Positions 27,210 through 40,279 of a stretch of 64,000 bases of DNA are shown here, one piece after another. The position numbers and the translations under genes were made by a program. This stretch comes from Eledone cirrhosa (Eukaryota): NCBI GenBank assembly GCA_964016885.1, contig OZ024744.1:61876001-61940000 (forward strand), written 5' to 3'. The notes beneath the pieces are model-generated. The model was not told where the DNA came from. It worked only from the letters and a program-made list of their open reading frames with translations, and searched no databases. Each line of letters starts with the position of its first letter. The stretch's first letter is position 1.

Positions 27210-28014
27210 CTGTAAGATATGAAAATTAAGATATATATGAAAAATTATATACAACAAATTGGATGTGTTAATAATTAAACATTTTCTTTTAATTTAAAAG
27301 GTAACAACCATGTCTTCCTTTCATCTACTAGTTTCAGTCAGTTGATAGTGGCCATGCTGAGTGTTTAGTCAATCATAGCTACCCCAATACTTATTTTTTT
27401 TCAAGTCTGGCACTTATTTTGTCAGTCTAGTCTCTATTTGTTGAGCTGTCGAGTTATGTGACATACATAAATATGTAGACACACACACACGTATATACAT
27501 GGAGTTCCAAAAATCACTAGACAATTTTATACAAATATATATATATATAAATGATGATGATATAAAAAAACAAGGAAATAAGTTTTAAAAGATAGTTGTG
27601 AATCAATGTAACATTTAATTTCATTCTTTCCTTTTACAAAAGAAAGAAAAGAAAATGAGAAGGTTACTAAAACGTCCCAAATTCAGTGTAATTTGGAATA
27701 ACTTCCCCACACACTCACACCTACCACTTAAAAAAAAGAAGAGAAGAGTAGTCAATCAATTTTCTTTGAGTAACAAGTAAAAATCTTTCAAAGAACTACA
27801 TAACCCACCATCACCAAACCACATTTGCTCAAACCCCTATTATCATTGCTGAAATGTTTGAAATACCTTTCTTTTCAAAAATATATCAAATTTTGAACAA
27901 CAACAACAAGATGTTTGCAAATACACACACACACACACACACGCACACACTCACACTCACACTCACAATCATATTTTTCAAATTGAAATAAATAACTTTT
28001 AATTATTCTTAGAA

Positions 28015-30738
28015 AGATGTGTGCTGTGTGCAAGAGGTGAATGGAGAGGTGCCTCTGCAAAACTAATTGCAGATACACATCGTAGTTATAAATTTTCTGG
28101 GTGGGTAATGATGACAGAGACATCGTTATGCTAGCGGGGGACTTCAATGGACATGTTGGACAGCTCCAGGATGGATACACTGGGGTACATGGTGGGCATG
28201 GTTACAGCTCAAGAAATGAAGAAGGAGTGAGGCTTCTTGAATTTTGTGATGCAAATGCACTAACCATTTGCAACACTAACTTCCAGAAGCCTGCCAACCA
28301 CCTAATAACCTACAAATCAGGCGAGCACATGAGCCAGATTGACTTCCTCCTAGTTAGACAGCGAGACAGACAGATGGTGTCAAATACTAAGGCATACTCC
28401 GGGGAAGAATGTACCCCACAGCATAGGTTAGTCGTTAGTGACATCTCAGTAAGCAAGAGAAAGAATGAGACATACAGGAAGGTGTGGAAAAGAAAGGTCT
28501 AGAAGCTAAAAGACCTTTCATTAAAATATAAATTTAGCAAAGCCCTTCAAGATGTGTATGATGAAAAGGACGATTTAGAGTTGTATGACATAGGTGATAA
28601 CTGGAATTTCTTGCGTGACAACTTACTGCAGGCTACTGAAGAAACTTGTGTTTGGGGCAGAGATTCAACCAGACAGAGTGGAACAGCACGGTAGATAAGG
28701 CCATTAGAGACAAAAGACTGGCATGGAAGGCTTGGAAAAACAGTGGGAGTAGAGAAGGATATACACCCGCTAAGAGAGAAGCTAGATATCAGGTGTACTT
28801 AGCACACAGGGAGGCTGAGAGTAGGAGGTTTGCCAATGTTCTGCGACGGGAAGATCAGAGACGTGCGGTGTTCCGCATTGCAAGGCAGTGTGTCAGTGCA
28901 AATCAGGATGTTGTTGGGGATAAATGTGTCCGGAATGATGCTGATGTTCTAAGTGTCACAAATGATTAAAAAAAAGGAGGCCTGGAAATGTCATTATGAG
29001 AGACTGATGAATGTGGAGAACGAATGGGAGAGAGAGAAATTACCCCCCAGTAGACCCAACAGAGGGACCAGCTATTGAGATTGATGAATATAGGATACAA
29101 GAGGCAATTAAGGAAATGAAGAATGGTAAGGCTGCTGGACCGTCGGAGATAGTTGCTGAAGGCATTAGGAGAAGTAGGCACTAAACTAGTTGCACACATC
29201 ATTAATCATATGGTGGTGTCATACCCAAAGACTGGTGCAGCAGTATTCTCATAAATTGCTACAAAGGTAAAGGGGATGCTCTAGAGAGGAGCAATTACAG
29301 GGGCATAAAGATGATGGATCAGGTTATGAAAGTGGCAGAGAGAATATTAGCACAACTGATTAGAGAAAGGGTCAAACTAGATGAGATGTAGTTTGGTTTT
29401 GTGCCCGGGAAAAGTACAACAGATACCCTCTTCTTAGTGAGGCAACTACAAGAGACGGTCTTAGAGAAGAATAAGCCACTATACTTAGCTTTTGTTGACC
29501 TAGAGAAGGCCTTTGATAGGGTACCCCAATCTACCATCTGGTGGTTCCTAAGGAAACTAGGCGTTGAGGAATGGCTTGTGCAGACAGTGCAAACTTTGCA
29601 CAGAGGTGCTGTCAGTAAAGTGAGGGTAGGAATGGAGTTTAGTGAGGAATTCCAGATACATGTAGGAGTACATCAGGATTCAGTCCTCAGCCCGCTCTTG
29701 TTCATTATAGTCCTCCAAGTCATAACAGAGGAGTTTAAAACTGGCTGTCCATGGGAACTTCTCTATGCTGACGATCTGGTTCTTATAGCAGAATCAGTAG
29801 AGGAGCTAGAGAATAAATTCTGGCTATGGAAACAGCAGTTGGAAGTAAGAGGACTGAGAGTGAATCTAGCTAAGACAAAAGTGTTGATGAGTAGAAAAGA
29901 GGACAAAACTCTGATTCCATCAGGGAAATGGCCATGTTCGCTATGCAGAAAAGGAACTGGCATAAATTTTATAAAATGTAGACAATGCAGATCCTGGGTA
30001 CAAAAGAGATGTAGTGGGATAGCAGGAAAACTAACAGGTAGGGAGAAATACGTATGCAGTAGATGTACAGGGAAATTAGACAGTAGAAGTCGCATTGATA
30101 GACACATTTTTCAAATGGGTGCTATAGAAGTGATGGATAGCTTCCGGTACCTAGGAGATTAGATTAGCATGGGAGGGGGGTGTTCCGAGGCCATAGTATC
30201 TAGAATAAGGATGGGTTGGAAGAAGTTTAGGGAGCTGCTTCCTCTGCTGACGAAGAAGGGTTTCCCCCCTGCATACGAAAGGCCGGTTATATGATGCCAG
30301 TGTGAGGAGCGCGATGCTGCATGGTAGTGAGACATGGGCAGCAACTGCAGAGGATAATCGACGGCTGGAGAGAAATGAGGCAAGCATGCTCCGTTGGATG
30401 TGCAATGTCAATGTGCGTGAACAACCCAGCATGAATGTGTTGAGAGAAAAACTGTGTTTGAGAGGGATAGAATGTAGTGTGCGGGAGAGGAGACTGAGGT
30501 GGTATGGACATGTGATGCGCATGGAGGATGACCGATGTTTGAAGAAGTGCCAGGAAATACCAGTTGTAGGAAGACGTGGTAGAGGTAGACCACGAAAAAC
30601 ATGGGCGGAGGTGGTGAGAACTGACCTCAGATTGCTGAAGCTCATGAAGGACCGTGACAAGTGGAGAGATGCTGTGCTGAATAAGACCCGTCCCACCCTT
30701 GCAAGCAGGGAAGAGCGGACGTAAAATGATGATGATGA
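28015..30738 (+). mobile_element. RTE-clade LINE, second subfamily, degraded, with an internal deletion in the APE domain near 28110
   Basis: AGDFNGHVG, LLYADDLVL, RRLRWYGHVMR; (GAT)n tail. Confidence 0.93.
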
Positions 30739-30966
30739 AATATATATATGATACATATATATATATATTGTTATACTTGGAGAGGGTCATATTTGTGTAA
30801 TATTGCCAGAATTAATAACAGAACACACTCACTGTTTGGTTGGTTTTCGCTTCTCGCTGTCTTTTATATCTGTAATCTAGCTTACTCGGTCCTCAATGTT
30901 GCCATTGACTGACCGATGGTCAAAAATAATACAGATACAATATAGACACAAACACATATATATAGT

Positions 30967-31025
30967 TTACATAATTTACATAAATCTTTCGTTGCACATC
31001 TGCAACATCGTCAGTGGTGTTATAT
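30967..31025 (-). ncRNA. Hammerhead-ribozyme-like motif in the pLTR (element sense strand)
   Basis: CUGACGA-U-GUUGCA-GAUG-UGCAAC-GAAA gives the core boxes and a 6-bp stem II. Stems I and III are imperfect. Confidence 0.55.
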
Positions 31026-31271
31026 TTTCCTCCTGTTGTGTTGTATGTCTACGCCATTTTTTATTCAGTCTGTCTATATATTTATTTATTTATTTGCATG
31101 TTTATTTTATTTTGTCTTCTTTGCGCATGCGTTTGCGTGTGTGTATAGTGTTATGTTTGCTGTGTGACTAGTGTGTATAGTGTTATGTTTGCTGGGTGAC
31201 TAGTGTGTGTTTATGTGCTTGTTGTTATTGTGCTTGTGTATGTATTTATTTATCTTATTTTATTTACTTAT

Positions 31272-31707
31272 TTATACTTCTCTTAGGTCAGTGTTGTTTG
31301 TTTGGGTGTTGTTATTCCACTCATTCTTTCTGTTTAGCTTTGGTCTTCTAATTTCTATTTCACTGGCCTCTCTGATTTGCCTATCTGCTGGGTCATTTCT
31401 ATGTTTAGATATTATTCTAATTTCTATGTTGTCTATGTTACCATCATGTTGTCTAGCATGTTCGTATAGTACTGACCCGTTTTTTCGTCCTTTTAGTTCC
31501 CCCCAGTGTTGGTCTATCCTTTCACCTATGCTACGAGCTGTCTCACCTATGTATGTTGTTGTCATGTTTCTGCAAGTACCCTCTGTACATCTTATGCTAT
31601 AGACTACGTTTCTAGTTTTACAGTTTATCCAGGGGTTCACCTTACATATGATACATTTCCTATTGGTACAGTGGGTTTTCTTAAAAGGGTAGGTTTTGCT
31701 GATCAGG
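31272..31707 (-). pseudogene. C-terminal GIY-YIG endonuclease of the Penelope-like element
   Basis: CTNRKCIIC linker, NVVYSIRC...YIGETARSIGERIDQH...EHARQH...RQIREASEI...LNRKNEW, then TAA stop. Confidence 0.88.
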
Positions 31708-31957
31708 GAAGTATAAATAAGTAAATAAAATAAGATAAATAAATACATACACAAGCACAAAGACACACACTAGTCACCCAGCAAACATAACACTATACAC
31801 ACTAGTCACACAGCAAACATAACACTATACACACACGCAAACGCATGCGCAAAGAAGACAAAATAAGACAAAATAAAATAAACAAGCAAATAAATAAATA
31901 AATATATAGACAGACTGAATAAAAAATGGCGTAGACATACAACACAACAGGAGGAAA

Positions 31958-32016
31958 ATATAACACCACTGACGATGTTGCAGATGTGCAACGAAAGATT
32001 TATGTAAATTATGTAA
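31958..32016 (+). ncRNA. Second hammerhead-like motif in the inverted pLTR
   Basis: CTGACGA at 31969-31975 and GAAA at 31993-31996, with an identical core. Confidence 0.55.
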
Positions 32017-32287
32017 ACTATATATATGTGTTTGTGTCTATATTGTATCTGTATTATTTTTGACCGTCGGTCAGTCAATGGCAACATTGAGGACCGAGTA
32101 AGCTAGATTACAGATATAAAAGACAGCGAGAAGCGAAAACCAACCAAACAGTGAGTGTGTTCTGTTATTAATTCTGGCAATATTACACAAATATGACCCT
32201 CCCCAAGTATAACAATATTTGTTTCGACACACGATTTCATATAAAAAACCTCGGTAAACTAATTCATCGCCGCTATATATATATATA

Positions 32288-32567
32288 CAGCCCCACACTG
32301 TAAATGTGGTTGGTGTTAGGAAGGGCATCCAGCTGTAGAAAACCCGCCAGACAGTCCACGCTGTAATGTGGCTGTGTAGGCAACACGGTAAAAACCTCCC
32401 AGCCCCACACTGTAAATGTGGTTGGTGTTAGGAAGGGCATCCAACTGTAGAAAACCCGCCAGACAGTCCTATGCGAGCAAGACAACCACTCTTGCCTCAA
32501 GTGGGAAAACCCCCGTCCAAACCCATGCAAGCGTGGAACACGGACGCTAAACCTGATGATGATGATG
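32288..32567 (+). mobile_element. RTE 3'UTR fragment with an internal 70-bp duplication
   Basis: 32288-32357 is repeated at 32400-32469; (GAT)n tail. Confidence 0.8.
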
Positions 32568-32718
32568 ATATATATATATATATATATATAAGATACAAAT
32601 ATATAGATATATATATATGATATATATATATATATATATGATATATATATATAAGATACATATATATATATATAAGATACATATATATATATATAAGATA
32701 CATATATATATATATAAG

Positions 32719-32757
<39 letters not shown>

Positions 32758-32928
32758 ATATATAAGATACAAATATATAGATATATATATATATCATATA
32801 TATGATATATATATATATCATATATATCATATATATATATATATATATGATACATATATATATATATGATATATATATATATATAATATATATATATATA
32901 TCTTATAAATATATATAAGATATATATA
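32567..32928. repeat. Compound (TA)n/ATAAGATAC microsatellite (second tract at 34233-34422)
   Basis: Seen directly in the sequence. Confidence 0.95.
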
Positions 32929-34232
32929 TCATAATCTATAAAGCTCAGTGTATGGTCACATTTCTTTATTATAGAAATCTACGATATAGAATTTCTTCAA
33001 TTGAAATTTACAACTCAGTATTCGAAATAGCTTCAATTGGGTCATGGCACATATATTTATTTCAATTTCACCCACAATTACGCAAAAAAAAAATCGATAA
33101 AACTCAATATTTTACGATTTACCTCTCTCATTTCAACTGCTTTCCTCTTTCCATTACCCTTCAAAATCTATACAACTTCATACTTTCTGCTACTTTCTCT
33201 TTCCAAGCTGAAACAACTATTCTTTTCATTTTACATTGTTCATGTTGATGGTGATACTGTCCGTTTTACTCTCTCACTCATACAATTTACAGACTAAACA
33301 ACAAAAACATTAGCCACATTAACGTACAATTTTGTTTATTCTAAATGTGAGTCTTCAAACTGATTTATTTATTTGCAAGCACATACAAACACACACTCAC
33401 ATCAAATGAATAATTAAACTTTAAATCAATTTAACCACGTGCCGGATTTCTAACCACACATACACACTTCATTAACAAATAAAAATTCTAATTTGCAACA
33501 ATTATTTTCTTTCAATCGTAAAATCAAACGACATAATTATTTTCATTTTCGGTTGTTAATCTTCATGGGGATAATACTAATATTCCATTTCACATGTGAG
33601 TTAACAAATAATTTTTTAAAACACTATTCGCAGACTTCCTTAAGCAACAAGATCAATTGCATAGCCGGTATTCATTATGTAGCCGGTAAAGCTATGTAGC
33701 AGGTAAAAGGCTATGTAGTCAGTACGATGTTATATAGCATGAAAAGTTTATTTAACCGGTAAATGTTATGTCGCCGTTAGCATGTGTGTGGGTGTGTGTA
33801 TTACCGTCAATACACACGTGTGTGTGTGTGTGTGCGCGTGTTTCGATGTAGTTTTCGTTAACAATGACGAGAGTACAATCGCGCCAGAAACAATTCAATT
33901 TCTCATTCTTAACTGCTAGGGACGTTCACAGGTTCATTAAGTACTTTCAGTAAGGAATAAAAAAAATTAGGGATTGAACCCAAAACCACGACATAAACAG
34001 GCACCAACAAACGTTTTCTTTGTCCTGTCAGGCGAAAGTCAAATAGACAGGGGATCACCTATGTAGGTACAAACCCTGCTACGTTATGTCTATTTTTCTA
34101 GCTGCAACCAGATTATATATACCGTAGTTAACAGAGACCATGACACACCAGGCCTGCAAACCAAACGAGATGGAATATTCATTATAATACATCAGTTCCT
34201 CAGCCCCGAGCAACGCCGGGCACTTCTGCTAG
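32929..34232 (+). mobile_element. Non-autonomous Helitron
   Basis: 3' end CCCGAGCAACGCCGGG hairpin followed by CTAG|T. TC start adjacent to (TA)n (5' edge approximate). CpG-retaining interior. Confidence 0.7.
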
Positions 34233-34242
34233 TATATATATA

Positions 34243-34273
<31 letters not shown>

Positions 34274-34422
34274 AAGATATATATATATATAAGATATATA
34301 TATGATATATATATATATATAAGATATATATATGATATATATATATATATATATAAGATATATATATGATATATATATATATATAAGATATATATATATA
34401 TATAAGATACATATATATATAT

Positions 34423-36180
34423 ATTAAGTTCATTGACCAGGTCATGAAGGTCACAGAAAGAGTTATAGCACAACTAATCAGAGAGCGAATTGATCTAGAT
34501 GAAATGCAGTTTGGGTTTGTGTCAGGTAAAAGTACCACAGACGCTCTTTTCCTTGTACGACAACTACAAGAGAAGTACCTAGCTAAAAGTAAACCCCTCT
34601 ACTTAGCTTTTGTAGACCTGGAGAAAGCCTTTGACAGAGTCCCCCGCTCCATTATCTGGTGGGCACTTAGAAAACTCGGTGTAGATGAATGGCTTGTGAG
34701 AGCTATACAAGCCATGTATAAAGAAACAGTCAGCAAGGTTAGAGTTAACAACGATATAGTGAAGAATTTAGTGTAAAAGTTGGTGTTCATCAAGGCTCTG
34801 TCCTTAGCCCCCTCCTATTTATTATTGCCCTTCAGGCTATAACAGAGGAGTTCAAGACCGGCTGCCCATGGGAACTCCTATACGCAGATGATCTAACGCT
34901 GAATCAATGGCTGAACTAGAGAAGAAATTCCAAACATGGAAGCATGGCCTAAAATCAAAAGGCCTTAAAGTTAACCTGTCTAAGACTAAAGTTCTAGTTT
35001 GTAGAAAGGAAAATAGGGCAAAGGTGCCCTCAGGGAAATGGCCATGCTCAGTGTGTAGGAAAGGAGTAGGCAGAAATTCCATTTTATGTCCCAAATGCAA
35101 AGTATGGGTGCATAAAAGATGTAGTGGGATCACAGGTAAACTATCTAAGAACATAGACTTTATATGTGGCCGATGCTCAGGTGCAATAAGTAGCAAGTGT
35201 CCAAAGGATACTAGCTCCTTCTATTGCCCAGATGGTTCTATAGAAATAGTGGACACTTTCCGTTACCTGGGTGACGAAATCAGCAGTGGGGGAGGGTGCT
35301 CTGAAAGTACTGTAGCCAGAGTCAGAACGGGATGGAAAAAGTTCAGAAAGCTTATACCGCTGTTGGCCACAAAAGGTTTCTCTCTAAAAATGAAAGCCAG
35401 ATTGTACGAACAGCAATGCTACATGGCAGTGAGACATGGGCATTACGTGCAGAGGACCTGCATAGACTGGAAAGGAATGAAGCATGCATGCTCCATTGGA
35501 TGTGTAATAGTAATATACGTGAACAGCAAAGCATAAATGAACTAAGTGAGAAATTAGGAATAAGAGGGATCAGATGCTGTTTACTTGAGAGAAGACTACG
35601 TTGGTATGGTCACGTGATGCGCATGAAAGACGACAGCAGCATAAAAAAGTGCAGGGCGATCAAAATTGATGGTAGTTACGGAGTAGGTAGACCCAGAAAA
35701 ACCTGGGATGATCTGATAAATTCCGACCTTACACACTTACACCTCTCTAAGACAATATCACTGGACCGAAATCTTTGGCACTACGCAGTAATACAGAAGA
35801 CCCACCTTGCCTATGTACAAAGCGAAACCTAGTCAGTAGGCACCTCTTAACCAAATATACACCCCAATCTACTACCCTTACTCTATCCTCCCACTCCCAC
35901 CAACACCACGAGAAAATGAGATCGTGTAGGTGTCACGACAAAAAAAAAAAACACAGTCCACGCTGTAATGTGGCCATGTAGGTAACACGGTAAAAAGTTC
36001 CCAGTTCCACACTGTAAATGTGGTTGGTGTTAGGAAGGGCATCCAGCCGTAGAAAACCTGCCAGATAGTCCTATATGAGCGAGACACGGTCACCCGACCA
36101 GCCTTGCCTCAAGTGGGACAACTCCCGTCTAACCCATGCTAGCATGGAAAATGGACGTTAAACGAAGATGATGATGATGA
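34423..36180 (+). mobile_element. RTE-clade LINE, 5'-truncated
   Basis: ORFs 34444-34776, 34907-35536 and 35332-35832 closely match the 49699-53541 copy. (GAT)n tail, flanked by (TA)n. Confidence 0.95.
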
Positions 36181-39100
36181 TATATATAAATAAGATATAT
36201 ATATATATATATATAAGATACATATATAAGGGAGAGAGAGAGAGGGGGCGGATGGGGAAGAGAGAAAGAGACAGACTGGAGGAGACAAATAGATTGTCAG
36301 CAAGCAATAAAAAGAGAGCTAGAAAGATAGAGGCAAAGTGAGAGACAGATAAAGAGTGAAAAAGGAGTAAGTCAAGATCAAATAGCTAGCTGAAAAAGAA
36401 GATAAAAACCTATAATTGAGTAATTTATTTCATTTTGAAAAAAGAAAAAAGAATTTTCTTAAAGGAAATCTTCCTTGCATGTATAATTTTATTCAAGATC
36501 TCTTCCCTAGATGTATAATTTCACCAAAGAACTGGAACTACTAAAATAACTCAGAACAAAGCATTTTTATGTCCTGCCCATAATAAAAGATGCAGTAACT
36601 AACATAAATCAAAATGTTTTGAACTTCAAAAGAAAGGAAGGAAGAATGATGGAAAGAAGAGAAGAGAAAAGGAAAGAGAAAGAAGGAAGATTAATATAAA
36701 AATGTTAAGGATTGGGAGGGGAAGTATAAAATATCAGGCAAGGCAATCTCTTAACTGCAAACCAGTTTATATTTCCCTCCTTAATAAATTCCATTAGTTG
36801 GCAAGAACTGATGACTTCAATAATAGCAACATGGGTTTACATCAACTAAACCCATTCATTACTATATTTCTAACAAAAAACACAGTCCTATGTTATTCAA
36901 ATATCTTTAAAATAATCAACAATTTGGAGATATCTAGTAATATAACTAACTTTCTTATTATTAAACTGATGTTTAGAACATAGCAAAGCTTCATAAATAA
37001 AATTATGAAGCAAGGTTTTTAGATAAATTCCATTTCATTTCAATTAATCTTCTGATTGAAACAAGGAAACAAACTCATGACAGATGTCTCAATCCGCTAT
37101 CACTGTCCATATATCTGATCTAATCTTTAGTCCAGTGTCTTTTTGAAATATGTCAATAAAGTTAGTTAGTGGCTTATCTTTCACAATTTATCTAACTGTC
37201 CATGTGCTGGCTAACATAGTAAGATATTTGAGGCTATATCTTCAGGACCTGTTAATCATAATCTTTGCTGAGCTATCTTCAAAATAAACAGCATTGTATT
37301 TTAGAAATAGGGACATTCTCAGACAGTCTCAAACGGGTTAAAAGAAGTTGGATACAAAAGACCCCCCCCCCCCCCAAAAAAAAAACAACAACTTCCAACT
37401 TCATAAAAATAAATACTGTTTAACTAACAAATAAATTGATAAAATATTAAAACCTATTACCTAGCAGCACTACAATAAATAATCCCATTTTATAAATTCT
37501 TTTCAAATGACTTTCTACAAAAGGAAAAATATGAAATATTTGTTTTATATATACTTACTCTTTCCCTCACCCATACTGATAAGATATATGTCCAATAAGA
37601 AGAATGATGATTCATTTTTACTACACAGGGTTAAGATGAGTAAACATACTAATAATTGAGGAAAATAACTGGTAAATTAAAAATAGATATTCAGAAAGTA
37701 AGCAAATTGTTTGAAATGTATTTCAAAAGAATGAACATATTTTGTTTTTCTATTTGTAAAATTACATTCTTTTCCTATTATTTTCTTTTACTGCTTTCAG
37801 TCATTAGACTATGACCATGCTGGGCCACCACCCACCCACCTTGATTTAGTCGATCATACTGACCCCCACTACTAGCATATACTTGAAATATATATGTATG
37901 TGTGTATATACACACACACACACACACACACACCATCATCATCGTTTAACGTCCATCTTCCAAGCTTGGACGGGTTTGTCCCATGTGAGGCAAGATTGGT
38001 CGGGTGACCGTGTTTGGCAGGTTTTCTACGGCTGGATGCCCTTATAAACATATACATATTCATGGTTGGTGTTAGGAAGGGTAACCAGCCATAGGAAACT
38101 TCTCGAGCAAAAGGTTGAGAGGACCCAACACTCCAGTTGTGTCAAAGACATGACAACCTCTCTAGTGCTGATGCCATGATAAAATGCAAACAGTAGAACA
38201 CAGAACCATATGTAAATGAGATGCAAACCCCCAGCCTGTCTGAGAGGTCAGTAGCCCTGCTTCAGTACAGACTTGGTCTGTGAAGACCCGTCCAATTCTT
38301 GCTGGCAAGGAAATTGGATGTTAAATGATGATGATAGGCACACACATTTCCTCAAATCTTAATGGGAGATAGAAAGAAAAAATATGTATAAAAACCATGT
38401 ATACATATCTACACACACACACAGGTATACACGCATACACATGTCTACACATATCTACACATACACAAATGTACTTTGTGATAGCAGATCCAAAACTAAT
38501 GGATGGGCTTTACACATCTAATGCTCGAGAAGAGTGTTTCTCAAGGTGGGGTGTTGGACTTCAGAATGGGGCTCATATACAATAGTATATATTCATTTCG
38601 TTCAATTATGGTGTGGTGCAAGACAAAACAAAAAGAAAAAAGGATAAACGATTTTAAAAATATGGAGTACCGGAGGCTCCCATCCAGTCTATGATGGCAT
38701 GCAGGAAAAGCATGAATATGACAGGTGTGGCAGTACAAGTAATAATGAAAGCAGTGAAGATGATGATGGTGGTGGTGGTGGTGGTGGTGGTCATGATAAT
38801 GATGGTAATGAAGTGGCACAATAACAAAAACATTAGAAAAATTTAAGCTGGGACAGACTGAAGTAATGTATGTTTGCTACTTAGTGTGTGTGTGTGTGTG
38901 TGTGTACGCACACATAAATACATATATAATATAAACAGATTGTGTGAATCATGTGTAAAAAAAAGTGAATTAAATTGATGCCTATTGAACCTAATTCTTC
39001 CTATACACTTTTCTCTCAACCACTCCCACCAGCAGCAGTAAGTGAAGTAATGCAGTAATTACTAACAGGAAATCTTGTATGTATAACATACTGGAGAGGA

Positions 39101-40279
39101 TGTGACACTACCAGCCACAACACTGGTTCTTACCCCAGTAGAAAGACCTGATTGTCAACATAACTTTTACGGGATAAGAATTAGTTTTACTGTTTAGAGT
39201 ATTTATTTTATTTATTATCATTATTATTAAATTTATTTATTTATTTATTATGGGAGATCTTTCGTGTCTTCTACAACAGATCGGCTGGAGGCAATACTGA
39301 AGAAAACTCATCCAATCTACACAGGCATGGAAAAACAGATGTATGATGATAATGATGATGAAAAAAAAAATGAATAAAAAAAATAAAACAGTAATATTAA
39401 ACTTTTAATTAGTAACCATAAATGAGTGGAATGTAGTTATGGTGTTGTTGAATGAGTCCTAGTAGAATAAGAAAACAAAAAAAAGGAAGTGAGGGGGGGG
39501 GGGGGGGGGCAAATAAATATGTGTGAAATTGAGTAAGTTAACCTCCTCTATTCTCTACGTTTTAACATTCTTCACACTACCAAGGCCACCACCATCAGAG
39601 ATAGACCAGCTTTCTTCTTCACAGCCAGAAAATAAAGTTTACAATTTCAGATTTGAACAATACAGGCATGACTTTGTGCTATGTGGTTAAAAAGTTTGCT
39701 TCACAACCACATGGTTTTGGGTTCAGTTTCTTCATTGTATGTGGTTCCTGAGCAAATGCCTTTTACTACAGCCTTAGGTTGATGGATGGTGTGTGAGTGA
39801 AAATTGATTAACAGAAATTGTAAAGAAACCCTTCATGTGTTTATATTTTTTCCTTTGTTATATAGTCATGAAATGTTAAATATTATCAATGACATAGATA
39901 TTAGTGAGTTGGTTGTTTGCTAGGGAGTGTTGATTTTCTTGTCCTCTCACTCCCACTACTGCCTATCCTCATCACAGATTCCCACCATAATCTACTCAAA
40001 GCATCAATTTACACCACCTTACTTCAATTCCATCCCCAAAACTTTTACTACCAAACTACTTGAAACTGTTTATAATTCTAAGTTACAAAGCTGTTTATTT
40101 TAAAGTGTTCACTTCACTTTTATCTCAAAAACCTTCCATCATAATTTTATGTTAGAACCTTTGTTATGTTGTTTCAATCAACTTAATAATTAGAATATTA
40201 ATTAGAATATTAATTATATTACAAAATCCTTCCAAATTCTTGATTATTTTCAAGTCTTTCATTAGAAATATGCTAACTA

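Larger units (their letters stand above)
30765..32273 (-). mobile_element. Penelope-like element, 5'-truncated, with inverted pLTRs
   Basis: Arms 30765-31280 and 31708-32218 are near-perfect inverted repeats around a GIY-YIG-coding segment. (TA)n on both sides. Confidence 0.9.

Noticed and set aside
30896-31171. Duplicated ~92-aa ORFs (also 31806-32087)
   Set aside because: Antisense frames of the pLTR arms, low complexity, with differing C-termini.
32273-32855. Ile/Tyr-rich ORFs (also 34192-34538, 14726-15104)
   Set aside because: These are translations of (TA)n microsatellites.
37559-37615. ATG-started 19-codon frame with GTAAGT donor on the minus strand
   Set aside because: Phase 0 does not match the next exon (phase 1), and there is no promoter-like context.
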